A DNA stretch of 64,000 nt from Parcubacteria group bacterium (GTDB lineage Bacteria; Patescibacteriota; Patescibacteriia; UBA2169). Below are positions 1-8,103 of this stretch, piece after piece. The DNA lies in contig JACOYR010000001.1 in NCBI GenBank assembly GCA_016181765.1, positions 221,414 to 285,413 of the forward strand, given 5' to 3'. Each line of letters starts with the position of its first letter. The first letter of the stretch is position 1. The position numbers and the translations under genes were made by a program. The notes beneath the pieces are model-generated. The model was not told where the DNA came from. It saw nothing but the letters and a program-made list of their open reading frames with translations, and made no database searches.

Positions 1-94
1 ACCATTGATTGATTCAACCTCTCTGGCAGCCAAAGACTCCCCTGTTTTTACGGGAGCCACGGTGTAGTTTTGTTTTTGTTTTTGTTCGTCCATA
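1..94 (-). CDS. hypothetical protein, N-terminal fragment (gene runs off the window start)
   Basis: ATG at 92-94 on minus strand reads MDEQKQKQNYTVAPVKTGESLAAREVESING. A TATAAT-like extended -10 (GTGGTATAAT, minus strand, ~158-167) lies upstream. Confidence 0.3.
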
Positions 95-224
95 GGCACA
101 ACTTAGTGTGTTGCTAAGATAGGCGCAAACACAATAGGTTGTGCTTGCACTGTGGATTATACCACTAGATATTGTGTTTGTTAAACATGCAAGGTTAGCC
201 TAAAACAAACGCCGTGTGGATAAG

Positions 225-857
225 TCAGGCTCCGGGCGCGCGGCGCGGGGACTGCGGAGGAATCGGCCCTATTCCGCCGCGCCACTCCGGCTCGGCAATG
301 CCCCTCTGCTGGTTCAAAAACCGCGCCAACACGTACCAGTAGTCCGAGAGCCGATTCAGGTACTTGATAATGAGCGGATTGAACGGCCCCGCACCATGCG
401 CATGCACCACGGAGCGCTCTGCCCGGCGGGTTATGGTCCGAATCCAGTAGGCCATGGCAGCCGCCGGGACGCCGCCGGGAAGCAAAAAGTGCTTCTGCGG
501 GGAAAGCAGAGATTCAATGGCCGTAATCCGCTCCTCCAACAAAAAAACGTCAGCCTCGGCGATCCTTGGGATGTAGGAGCGCGACTCGTCCGGCGCATCC
601 GGGGGAGTCGCGATTTCAGCGCCAATAGTAAAACACGCGGACTGCACAGCCCTTAGGTCATGCATAACCTGCTCTGACATGTCAGGGCGCGCCAAAAACA
701 GCCCGATTGCGCTATTAAGCTCGTCAATGTCCCCGTTCGCGCATACGCCAGGGTCGTCTTTGGGAACCCGTGCCCCGCCGAACCGGCCTGTTTCGCCTTT
801 GTCGCCTGTTTTAGTTACTACGCCCATACAAAAGGCGGAAATTTCTCCCGCCATCAC
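225..857 (-). CDS. PduO-type ATP:cob(I)alamin adenosyltransferase
   Basis: N-terminal VTKTGDKGETG motif and overall length typical of PduO/MMAB-type adenosyltransferases. The true start may be the internal MGVVTKTGDKGE. Confidence 0.75.
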   Translation of the reverse strand: MMAGEISAFCMGVVTKTGDKGETGRFGGARVPKDDPGVCANGDIDELNSAIGLFLARPDMSEQVMHDLRAVQSACFTIGAEIATPPDAPDESRSYIPRIAEADVFLLEERITAIESLLSPQKHFLLPGGVPAAAMAYWIRTITRRAERSVVHAHGAGPFNPLIIKYLNRLSDYWYVLARFLNQQRGIAEPEWRGGIGPIPPQSPRRAPGA

Positions 858-865
858 AGTATAGG

Positions 866-1903
866 CTATTCAGGAGAATACATCAATTGTTTTCCCAAAT
901 CCCAAAATCTTGAATCCCGCTGCTCCTCTTTGAGCCAGTACCACCACTCAACTCCCCACACATAAATCTCCGAGAAGCCGGTTTTCCTGGCAAAATCAAC
1001 AGTGGCCAAGGTCCGGCTGTAGTTCATGCTCTCAAACTGTTCCGCAAGCGGGGTGAGGGGGAGCGGGATCAGCGTCCAAGGCTCAAGCTGGAGTTCCGAG
1101 AGGAACACGCCATCAAGGTTTTTGTTGATTGCGCGGGTAAAAGCCGCACGCTTCTGGTAAAAGCCCGGGCGCAGGGGGTAGTAGAACCTGCCGAACATCG
1201 GATTGTCGGTCACGCGGTACAGGCTCACCCCCAAGCGGTCAACAGAGCGGGAAAGCGAGAGCCACCCCCCAAGCTCCCCGGAGTCAGTGGTGGCAATGGG
1301 ACGGCCGTCCAGGGACCGCACAAGCTCTGCCTCGGCGCGAAACAGCCCTGTGGTTGGCGCGTGGCCATAACACTCCCCGAACAGGAACGTAGGCTCGTTT
1401 TCCACCTGCCAGAGAGCGATGTTTTCGTGGCGCTTGAGCTCGTTGACGGTGGCTTCAAGGAATCCGAGCACCAAGCCGTCCAGCTCCTCGTGCGGCGTGC
1501 CGTACACCCAGCCCGGATCATGGCACTCGGGCCAGCGCATGAGCTTCCTGCCCACGTTCAACGTGACAGTAGCCCCGCGTTTTTCGGCCTCATCAAGCAT
1601 CCAGTGGATATCCGAAAAATCATACTCACCCTGGTTGCGCTCTACCTGGCTCCAGGGTACGGCGAGCCTTAAGCGCTTGGCGCGCATATCATCCAAGAGC
1701 GCGATGTAGACCTCTTTCCAATCAAGCCCCAAATCCTCTGCCTGCTGCGGGAAAAACGAAACCCCCCACGTGATGTCGCCCGGCTCCTCTACCCCCTCCC
1801 CGGACAAAAACCAAATCACAAACCCCACCAACAGCACAATGATTGCGGTGCCCGTGATTTTCAGCGTGCGTTTAAGATACTTCTGGCGCTTGAGTGGGTG
1901 CAT
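866..1903 (-). CDS. membrane-anchored glycoside hydrolase-like protein (TIM-barrel GH family, exact family unresolved)
   Basis: N-terminal TM helix followed by LRLAVPWSQVERNQGEYDFSDIHWMLDEAEKRGATVTLNVG, a pattern resembling GH5/GH42-type catalytic-domain N-termini. Confidence 0.5.
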   Translation of the reverse strand: MHPLKRQKYLKRTLKITGTAIIVLLVGFVIWFLSGEGVEEPGDITWGVSFFPQQAEDLGLDWKEVYIALLDDMRAKRLRLAVPWSQVERNQGEYDFSDIHWMLDEAEKRGATVTLNVGRKLMRWPECHDPGWVYGTPHEELDGLVLGFLEATVNELKRHENIALWQVENEPTFLFGECYGHAPTTGLFRAEAELVRSLDGRPIATTDSGELGGWLSLSRSVDRLGVSLYRVTDNPMFGRFYYPLRPGFYQKRAAFTRAINKNLDGVFLSELQLEPWTLIPLPLTPLAEQFESMNYSRTLATVDFARKTGFSEIYVWGVEWWYWLKEEQRDSRFWDLGKQLMYSPE

Positions 1904-1909
1904 GTGGCG

Positions 1910-2467
1910 CTACCGTTCAATGTCTCCTCTGAATAATTCTACCACAATGAGCGTAAGAATAGTGCCCGCGGCAAACACGCCCCAGAGCATCCCCCACTCC
2001 CGCGCGACCGCGCCTGACCAGATGGGGTACAATACCGCGGCTGACAAAACAAATGCGACATAGTAGTCAACCGGAAACGGGCCAAACCAGCGCTTGTGCC
2101 ACCACACGTCATTCTTTGGCCTCCTGCGGATGACTCCATAGTGCGGATTGATGATAATCCAGAGGTAGTCCCACACTGCGCTGAAGACGAAGAACGTGGA
2201 AATTACCCAGAGCTCTCCGGCAAGAGACCACGCGCTTCCCGCAAAAAACGGGTAGTGCAGAAACAAGAGCACCAATCCGAATACGCCGATGTGGTAGCCC
2301 GTAAGCTCTTTGCCGCCCATTGCTTTACGGTAGAGCTTTGCATACCACTTTTCCCCGGGCTTCCAGGTGGGCAGCTTGCTCGCCCACCCGTGCTTGCCCT
2401 CAATCTGCACCTCAAGGAACGCGAGCAGGAGTGCGGTGATGAACAGATAGATTGCGTGGTTGAGCAT
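1910..2467 (-). CDS. hypothetical multi-pass membrane protein
   Basis: Hydrophobic throughout. Start chosen at MLNHAIYLF (ATG 2465-2467), 2 nt after the vapC stop; the longer ORF to 2566 would overlap vapC by 98 nt. Confidence 0.5.
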   Translation of the reverse strand: MLNHAIYLFITALLLAFLEVQIEGKHGWASKLPTWKPGEKWYAKLYRKAMGGKELTGYHIGVFGLVLLFLHYPFFAGSAWSLAGELWVISTFFVFSAVWDYLWIIINPHYGVIRRRPKNDVWWHKRWFGPFPVDYYVAFVLSAAVLYPIWSGAVAREWGMLWGVFAAGTILTLIVVELFRGDIER

Positions 2468-2468
2468 G

Positions 2469-2906
2469 TTATTTTGTTTTAATGAGTTCAGCCGGGGTGA
2501 TTCTCTTAACCCCGAGCTTGTCAAAATCTTTGTCGTATGAAATGAGAGTAAGATGGTTAATGGCAATCAAGTAATGCGCCCCTATCATGGCATCAATAAA
2601 TTTGATGGAATGCGCCTCATACAGAGCCATGCCCCACTCAAAATAATACTGATCGACAATATGCAACTGGGGAAGCCTGGATATGCCATTCAGAGACCGC
2701 ACCACTGCCTGCTTTGGCGTCTTATATACGTTCGCAAGCACCCAATTGATCTCTGCCATAACCAGTGTAGAAGTGTACGCCATCACATCGCTGTTTTTTA
2801 TCAACGACAGTACGCGGGAACACTCTTGGTATGTTTTTTCGTCTTCTCTAATCAAGACGCGCAAGAAAATGTTTGAATCAATAAAGTACTCGCTAGAACC
2901 GTTCAT
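2469..2906 (-). CDS. vapC: type II toxin VapC (PIN-domain ribonuclease)
   Basis: N-terminal YFIDSNIFLR PIN signature, ~145 aa, overlaps the upstream antitoxin gene by 14 nt, and sits in an AT-rich segment (~35-43% GC). Confidence 0.8.
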   Translation of the reverse strand: MNGSSEYFIDSNIFLRVLIREDEKTYQECSRVLSLIKNSDVMAYTSTLVMAEINWVLANVYKTPKQAVVRSLNGISRLPQLHIVDQYYFEWGMALYEAHSIKFIDAMIGAHYLIAINHLTLISYDKDFDKLGVKRITPAELIKTK

Positions 2907-3276
2907 AGTGCTTTTCGAAAAGCTCGCGAGCCTTGAGTGCGGAAATCACCTTTTTCGGTTTGAGAAATCCGGCTAAATCCAAAATATCTTCGGTGTGTTC
3001 TTTTTTCTTCTTTTTACCAAAAAGCGCGTGTGTATCCTTTGTCTCGCCGTGCAGGTACTCTTGGTACCCCTCATTGATCTGTTTTTTTATTTCCGGATCA
3101 TGCATCTCTAAAATCTCATCCAGGTCCTCCATGCCAACAATCCCGGCGACCGGGATGCCGTCTTTTTCCAGCACAAAGTGCTCTTTGTTTACATGCGCAC
3201 GGCGCACAATTTGGCCTAAATTAATTCTCGCTTTGGTGAGTGGTATGTGATGTACCATATAATGATTGATTAACAT
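2893..3276 (-). CDS. vapB: type II antitoxin, Phd/YefM-like (VapB partner)
   Basis: Small protein directly upstream of and overlapping vapC, with N-terminal VHHIPLTKARINLGQIVRRAH (antitoxin-like beta-alpha fold) and a lysine-rich tail. Alternative start at 3258. Confidence 0.65.
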   Translation of the reverse strand: MLINHYMVHHIPLTKARINLGQIVRRAHVNKEHFVLEKDGIPVAGIVGMEDLDEILEMHDPEIKKQINEGYQEYLHGETKDTHALFGKKKKKEHTEDILDLAGFLKPKKVISALKARELFEKHYERF

Positions 3277-3325
3277 TGATTAACGTTAATAAGTATACCA
3301 CAATCAACGACCTTGTCAAAAAAAA

Positions 3326-4174
3326 TTAAAACGCGATTAATCCTATACCGATTGAAATCAACACAATAGCCGCGATCTTCTGTGCTAAGACGCCGCCGGT
3401 TAAGCGTTCTGACAATACCCGTGGAAACTTCTTTGACAATAACACAACCATGATAAGCAAGAATGCATACTGAACGCCCTGCATGGCATTGACCAGTGAT
3501 ACGGATGCGAGCGAAATCGCGTAATTGACCAGAACAAACCCCAAAGCGCCTGCCGCCTGGCCCGTGAAGAATAACACAGCAGTGGTGCCAGTCCCCTTTT
3601 GTTTGGGTTGATGAAATATGCCATAACGCGCCGAAGGAATCAGCAGAAATGATAAGGCCATCAAAAATCCGCCGATTCTGGACCACACAAACCCGGAGAT
3701 GAACGCCTGTTCCAGGTACACCTGCTTGGTGATGACAAATGACGCCGCAAACACGAACGCGGCCATGACAGCATATGCATATCCTAAGGCTCTCCCGCGG
3801 CCGCGGCGCTCAAGCGTGATTAACACGCTGCCCGCGACCAAAGCCGCGAACGCGAGAATTTCAGTTTGGCCGAGCCGCTCGCCCAAAAAGAAATATGCCA
3901 GTACAAATGTGAATGCAGGCACAAACCCGCCTGTGAGCGGAACAACGCGCGAAGCTTCATTCTCTTTTAAGCCTGCAAAAAAGAACACCAGGGCAAGAAT
4001 GAACGTGGCGCCCGCAACCAATGCACGTATAACTTCAACGCTTGACGGAATGACAACGCCGAATGGAATCAAAAACGGCGAAGGAATGCGCTTTGACGAC
4101 AAGAGGAACTTGTCCATCAAAAACGCGAGCGCGTTCAGGAAATGCCCGGCTAAAACTATGGCAATCCAGTTCAT
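3326..4174 (-). CDS. EamA/DMT-family transporter
   Basis: About 10 predicted TM helices in two similar halves, ~280 aa. Confidence 0.6.
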   Translation of the reverse strand: MNWIAIVLAGHFLNALAFLMDKFLLSSKRIPSPFLIPFGVVIPSSVEVIRALVAGATFILALVFFFAGLKENEASRVVPLTGGFVPAFTFVLAYFFLGERLGQTEILAFAALVAGSVLITLERRGRGRALGYAYAVMAAFVFAASFVITKQVYLEQAFISGFVWSRIGGFLMALSFLLIPSARYGIFHQPKQKGTGTTAVLFFTGQAAGALGFVLVNYAISLASVSLVNAMQGVQYAFLLIMVVLLSKKFPRVLSERLTGGVLAQKIAAIVLISIGIGLIAF

Positions 4175-5487
4175 GTGCCAAAAATAATTTTTTTAATATG
4201 TTCCACCCCGTCCCGGGGCACCTCCAAATACCCCTGTAGAGCGGCTTCCGCGAGCCAGCCGTTATCCAAATAATCCAAAAGCCACTCATGGCTGTACTTT
4301 GGATTTTCCTGTGTAATGCCCGCGCCAATCACCTCAAGCCAGTACCGGTTAAAAAACTCCTGTGAGCCGATGGGAGGAGCTATGACAATGGGAACCCCGA
4401 GGGCCGTATAGAACGAGAGTTCGCTCGGCTTGGTCCAGAGGATGTCTGTTTCGCGCAGGGCAAGGTTGAACTTGTGGAAGTATTCCTCTTTCCGGTCCGC
4501 AGAAATGATTTTGATGCCATGCCCCACGTAATCGTCCAGCCTGAACTCGCTGATGCTGCGCTTGAAGAACTCAAGCACGTCATTGTGAATGCCCGCAACC
4601 AAACACACCCCGATGCGCCCGGTTTTGATGTGCACGCTAAGGCTCTCAAGGATTTGGCACCCGAGCGCCCGCTGGGCGCCTGCGCCGCCGATTGCGAACA
4701 TCACCCACACGCGCTTGTCTTCCCCGCCAACGGACGCAGGCTTTTTGCCGAGGAACTGCTCCAGGGTGTCCCCGTAGTTTTTGTGGAACGTGCCTGAAGG
4801 GTCCAGCACCCGAAGCCTGCGCCACAAATCTTTTTTGAGCACTGACTCATGGGGGCCGATGTTTTCCTCCGGAAGCGGAAACCCGGTGAGCGTGATGTTC
4901 TTCTCGGGCACGCCGTAGAGCTTGAGCCGCTCGCTCGCGCGCTTGGTGGGGGTTAAGTAGTGGATACGGCTCGCAGCCGGATCAAGAGGCGCCCAGGCGC
5001 GCGAAATGTCCGCATCCGTGACAATGCAGTAGATGTCTCCCGGGTACTCCCACACCTCGGCCATGAACGCCGGAATGAAAAACGTGGCAACAAGCGGGTG
5101 TGGGTCTTTTCCCAGCTTCTCAATGAGGTGCTTGCCCCACTGCTTGCGCTTGATGAGCGCATAGGTCTGCTTGAGCTGCAGGCTCGGGCGCGTGAGGTTG
5201 CGGCGCGGGTAGAAAAAATCAATGCGCTGGAACCGGTCAAACAGGTTCCACGCCCACTCGCCGATGAGGGGGATGTTTTTAAAGCGCGAAAACGCCTCAT
5301 ACACGGTGCGGGACTGCTGCCACCGCTTGCGGTCCGTCTCCGGAATGCCCGGGTACGCGTTTGCATTGATGACCTCTTGGTGATCAAGCTCCCGCAGGGG
5401 GTATGCCGCGCGCTGGTGGCCGTATCCCATATCAACCGCAACAATCCATGCCTGGTGCGCCTTGGTGTGTGTTTTTGTTTGAGGCAT
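4171..5487 (-). CDS. GT-B glycosyltransferase, MGDG-synthase/UgtP/MurG-like (GT28)
   Basis: N-terminal VAVDMGYGHQRAA (GxGHxxxA motif of the MGDG_synth N-domain) and a C-terminal IGSQEFFNRYWLEVIGAGI Glyco_tran_28_C-like region. Confidence 0.55.
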   Translation of the reverse strand: MPQTKTHTKAHQAWIVAVDMGYGHQRAAYPLRELDHQEVINANAYPGIPETDRKRWQQSRTVYEAFSRFKNIPLIGEWAWNLFDRFQRIDFFYPRRNLTRPSLQLKQTYALIKRKQWGKHLIEKLGKDPHPLVATFFIPAFMAEVWEYPGDIYCIVTDADISRAWAPLDPAASRIHYLTPTKRASERLKLYGVPEKNITLTGFPLPEENIGPHESVLKKDLWRRLRVLDPSGTFHKNYGDTLEQFLGKKPASVGGEDKRVWVMFAIGGAGAQRALGCQILESLSVHIKTGRIGVCLVAGIHNDVLEFFKRSISEFRLDDYVGHGIKIISADRKEEYFHKFNLALRETDILWTKPSELSFYTALGVPIVIAPPIGSQEFFNRYWLEVIGAGITQENPKYSHEWLLDYLDNGWLAEAALQGYLEVPRDGVEHIKKIIFGT

Positions 5488-5639
5488 ACGTCTAGACTGT
5501 CATCCCGAGCGAGCGTACTCGCGAGCCGAGGGATCTAGTCTGAATATTAAACAAAGTTAGTATACCACTTTTTGCTTGCAAAAACCAAAAAGAAAGCGCC
5601 CCACTCTCGTGCTGTGTGCATTGTTAAGCCGAAACTGAA

Positions 5640-7049
5640 CTACATGAAAAAGCGGTCCCAGAATACGATTCCCGTAAATGCCGTAAAAAACAGTATGATA
5701 ACCACAACAATTCCCTGCCGCCACCACGCGGGCCTGAATGCTTTCGCCAGTTGCGTCTTGTTCAGGATGAGCGTCAGAGTCACGTGCACGAGCATGGCAA
5801 AGGCATTGATGACCGCCCCAAGCACCAAAAGGGCGCGCGGCTCCGTAAAGCCTGCAAGCAGCACAATGGCGCCGAGCCCGATAAAGCCCCAGAGCACGGA
5901 ATAGAACAGCCTGCGCGAGTGCGCAACCTTGCCTTGCGACTCGCGGCGTATGGCAATGTTTTCGGAAATGATGCGCGAGCTTGATTCAAACACCACGATC
6001 TGGGTGGCCAAGAGCATAATGCCGCCCGCAAGCAAAAACAGGGTGCCCAAAATCGGCGCAACGCTCGCAATGCCGCGAGCTTCGGCAAGCACAAAGTTGA
6101 TGCTTGCGGAGGTGTTGGGCGCGCCGTACGTGGTGAGGTACGCCAAAAACGCGAGCATCACCATGGTCGCGGCTCCGGTCATCCAGAACACCAGGGCGTG
6201 CTCCGCGTTGATCTTCCTCCACCACGCTCTGAACTGCTTTACGTTTTCAACGGTCGGCTCAACGCGCGCGCGGCTGCTCGGGGTGTGTTGAGATTGGGAT
6301 GCGCCCGTAACCGGGCTGGTAATGGCTGCCGCGTACTTGCCCATGCCATACCCCTTTTCCTTGATGTAGAACGATTGCGCGAGGTTCAAGTTGCCGCCGG
6401 CGCCCGAGTATGCAAATGCCGAAAGGAACACTGCCAAAGCAATGCCTTCCGGCAGGAATAGATACCCATCTCCCCTTCCTATGAGGCCGTTTGCCAGGGC
6501 AACCCAGTCCGCCCTCTCCGCGAGATATATCGTCAAAATAAATATGCATGGCACTGATATGCCAATGACTGTTTTCTGGAATTTTTCCACCACGTGGTAG
6601 AGCACGGGCCCGAGCGTGAACAAGAGGCCCGTAAGGACAAGCAGGCCGATGGCAATGTACTCGGTGCGCGCAATGCCGAACACCGCGCCGATCATGACCG
6701 CGCTTGCCGCAGCCATGCCTGGCCACACAAATCCCACGAACGTGGACAGCATAAACCAGTACGGCAATCCAGCCCACATGCGGTTAAAGCCCACAAACAC
6801 GCTCTCGCCTTTGACGAGCGCATAGCGCTCAATTTCCATGTTCATAAAAAACTGGAACGTGATGCCCAAGACCGCGGCCCAGATAATGCCAAGGCCGTAG
6901 TTTGAGGCAAGGTACGGCCAGAGAATCACTTCTCCGCTGCCGAGCCCGAGTCCGAGCAGGATAAAACTCGGGCCAATGAGGTGGCGCAGCTTGGGTGCTT
7001 TTGGAAATTGCTTTATCTCGCCTCCCCGGCGAACACCTTTTATTTTCAT
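5640..7049 (-). CDS. Nramp-related (MntH-like) transporter, divergent
   Basis: 11 TM helices and a GPSFILLGLGLGSGE TM1 motif resembling the Nramp GPGFL...DPGN motif, but the canonical DPGN is absent. Confidence 0.45.
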   Translation of the reverse strand: MKIKGVRRGGEIKQFPKAPKLRHLIGPSFILLGLGLGSGEVILWPYLASNYGLGIIWAAVLGITFQFFMNMEIERYALVKGESVFVGFNRMWAGLPYWFMLSTFVGFVWPGMAAASAVMIGAVFGIARTEYIAIGLLVLTGLLFTLGPVLYHVVEKFQKTVIGISVPCIFILTIYLAERADWVALANGLIGRGDGYLFLPEGIALAVFLSAFAYSGAGGNLNLAQSFYIKEKGYGMGKYAAAITSPVTGASQSQHTPSSRARVEPTVENVKQFRAWWRKINAEHALVFWMTGAATMVMLAFLAYLTTYGAPNTSASINFVLAEARGIASVAPILGTLFLLAGGIMLLATQIVVFESSSRIISENIAIRRESQGKVAHSRRLFYSVLWGFIGLGAIVLLAGFTEPRALLVLGAVINAFAMLVHVTLTLILNKTQLAKAFRPAWWRQGIVVVIILFFTAFTGIVFWDRFFM

Positions 7050-7057
7050 AGCACGTG

Positions 7058-7684
7058 CTACAATCGCACTCTCTGTTTTTTCACCGCATCTTCAAAAAAT
7101 CTGCTCAACCCCGCTTTAGTGACCGCACGTTTTAGGAACACGACGCTTGTCTCGCTTACATCATCAAGGTACACCAGCTGCTCAAGGAAGAGCCGATCAT
7201 TGAAATCATCGCCATACACCCGCGCGGCCCGCCGCATAACGCTGCCAAGCGCGGCGCGTTTCTCTTTGAGTATGCAGTACAAGTCAAAGTAGTCCTTAAA
7301 ATCGCCTCTCCTTCCGATGGTGTATGCTTTGGTGACTGCAATATCAGGAACCGCCAGCAACTGAACGCCCCGGTAGGAAACGGTTTTTTGTTTGATCGCA
7401 TACGGATAGTGCAAAAATGTGCACTTAACGCCGGCAATGATCACGGTGAGCTCATCGCGATTGTTCACTAAATCGCGCACCGCATCATCAAAAAATACGT
7501 CTTTAACTTTCTGCAGCAACGAGTTGCGGATGGGGGCATGGGTGAATAAATCAAAATCAACGGAAACGCGATGCCCGATTTGCAGCGCGAGCGCCGTGCC
7601 CCCGGCAAGATAGAACCCCCTAAACTCACCGAGCTTTGGAAACAGTTCTGCGGCCTTTTTTGTGAGCGCCTCGTGGTGCATAGC
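7058..7684 (-). CDS. AbiEii/AbiGii-family nucleotidyltransferase toxin (type IV TA)
   Basis: LAGGTALALQIGHRVSVDFDLF signature (GGTAL...HRxSxDxD). Start taken at MHHEALTKK; the longer ORF to 7891 is probably read-through of the upstream gene. Confidence 0.7.
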   Translation of the reverse strand, partial: AMHHEALTKKAAELFPKLGEFRGFYLAGGTALALQIGHRVSVDFDLFTHAPIRNSLLQKVKDVFFDDAVRDLVNNRDELTVIIAGVKCTFLHYPYAIKQKTVSYRGVQLLAVPDIAVTKAYTIGRRGDFKDYFDLYCILKEKRAALGSVMRRAARVYGDDFNDRLFLEQLVYLDDVSETSVVFLKRAVTKAGLSRFFEDAVKKQRVRL

Positions 7685-7952
7685 GGTATGATTTGACAGA
7701 AAAAATAATGCCAGCCAAAGGCCGAACGTGCGCGCGAAGCGCGGTTCGCGGCACTCCTGCAAGCACGCGGCCAACCCCCCGGCGGCCGTACCGCTTGGCA
7801 ATCCACCGCCAGTGCCGCAAGCTCCCATAGTTGACGGCCGCCGTGATAATCGTCTTTTTGTCGCGCGTCGCATCAAGCCGACCGACGTCATACGACCACA
7901 GGATGGGCTTGAAAAATGACGGAAGTTTTGATGGCTGTTTTTCCTTGCTCAT
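7626..7952 (-). CDS. putative cognate antitoxin of the AbiEii toxin (short, AbiEi-like?)
   Basis: Small ORF immediately upstream of and overlapping the toxin start. An extended -10 (TGGTATACT, minus) lies 6 nt upstream of the ATG, implying leaderless expression. Confidence 0.45.
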   Translation of the reverse strand: MSKEKQPSKLPSFFKPILWSYDVGRLDATRDKKTIITAAVNYGSLRHWRWIAKRYGRRGVGRVLAGVPRTALRAHVRPLAGIIFSVKSYRYAPRGAHKKGRRTVSKAR

Positions 7953-8103
7953 GTGTGTAGTATACCATTTTTGTTCTGAAAAACCAACACGGAATTTCCA
8001 TGAGCTCTCAAAAAGAAAAGCGCCGCACCTCCACCATAGAACAGTGAAAAGATGCGGCGCTTCGTGAAAGAGCGTTCCGGTTCAGCCGTCGGCGCTGAAC
8101 CGG

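Noticed and set aside
209-217. Perfect DnaA-box nonamers TTATCCACA (as tgtggataa) at 209-217 and 12874-12882
   Set aside because: They are isolated single boxes 12 kb apart with no cluster or AT-rich DUE, and are not adjacent to dnaA or dnaN. They are more likely incidental or regulatory than an origin.
5490-5545. gtcatcccgagcgagcgtactcgcgagccgagggatc looked like a palindromic repeat in the glycosyltransferase leader
   Set aside because: On checking, the arms are not reverse complements (only the central CTCGCGAG is palindromic) and no second copy was found.
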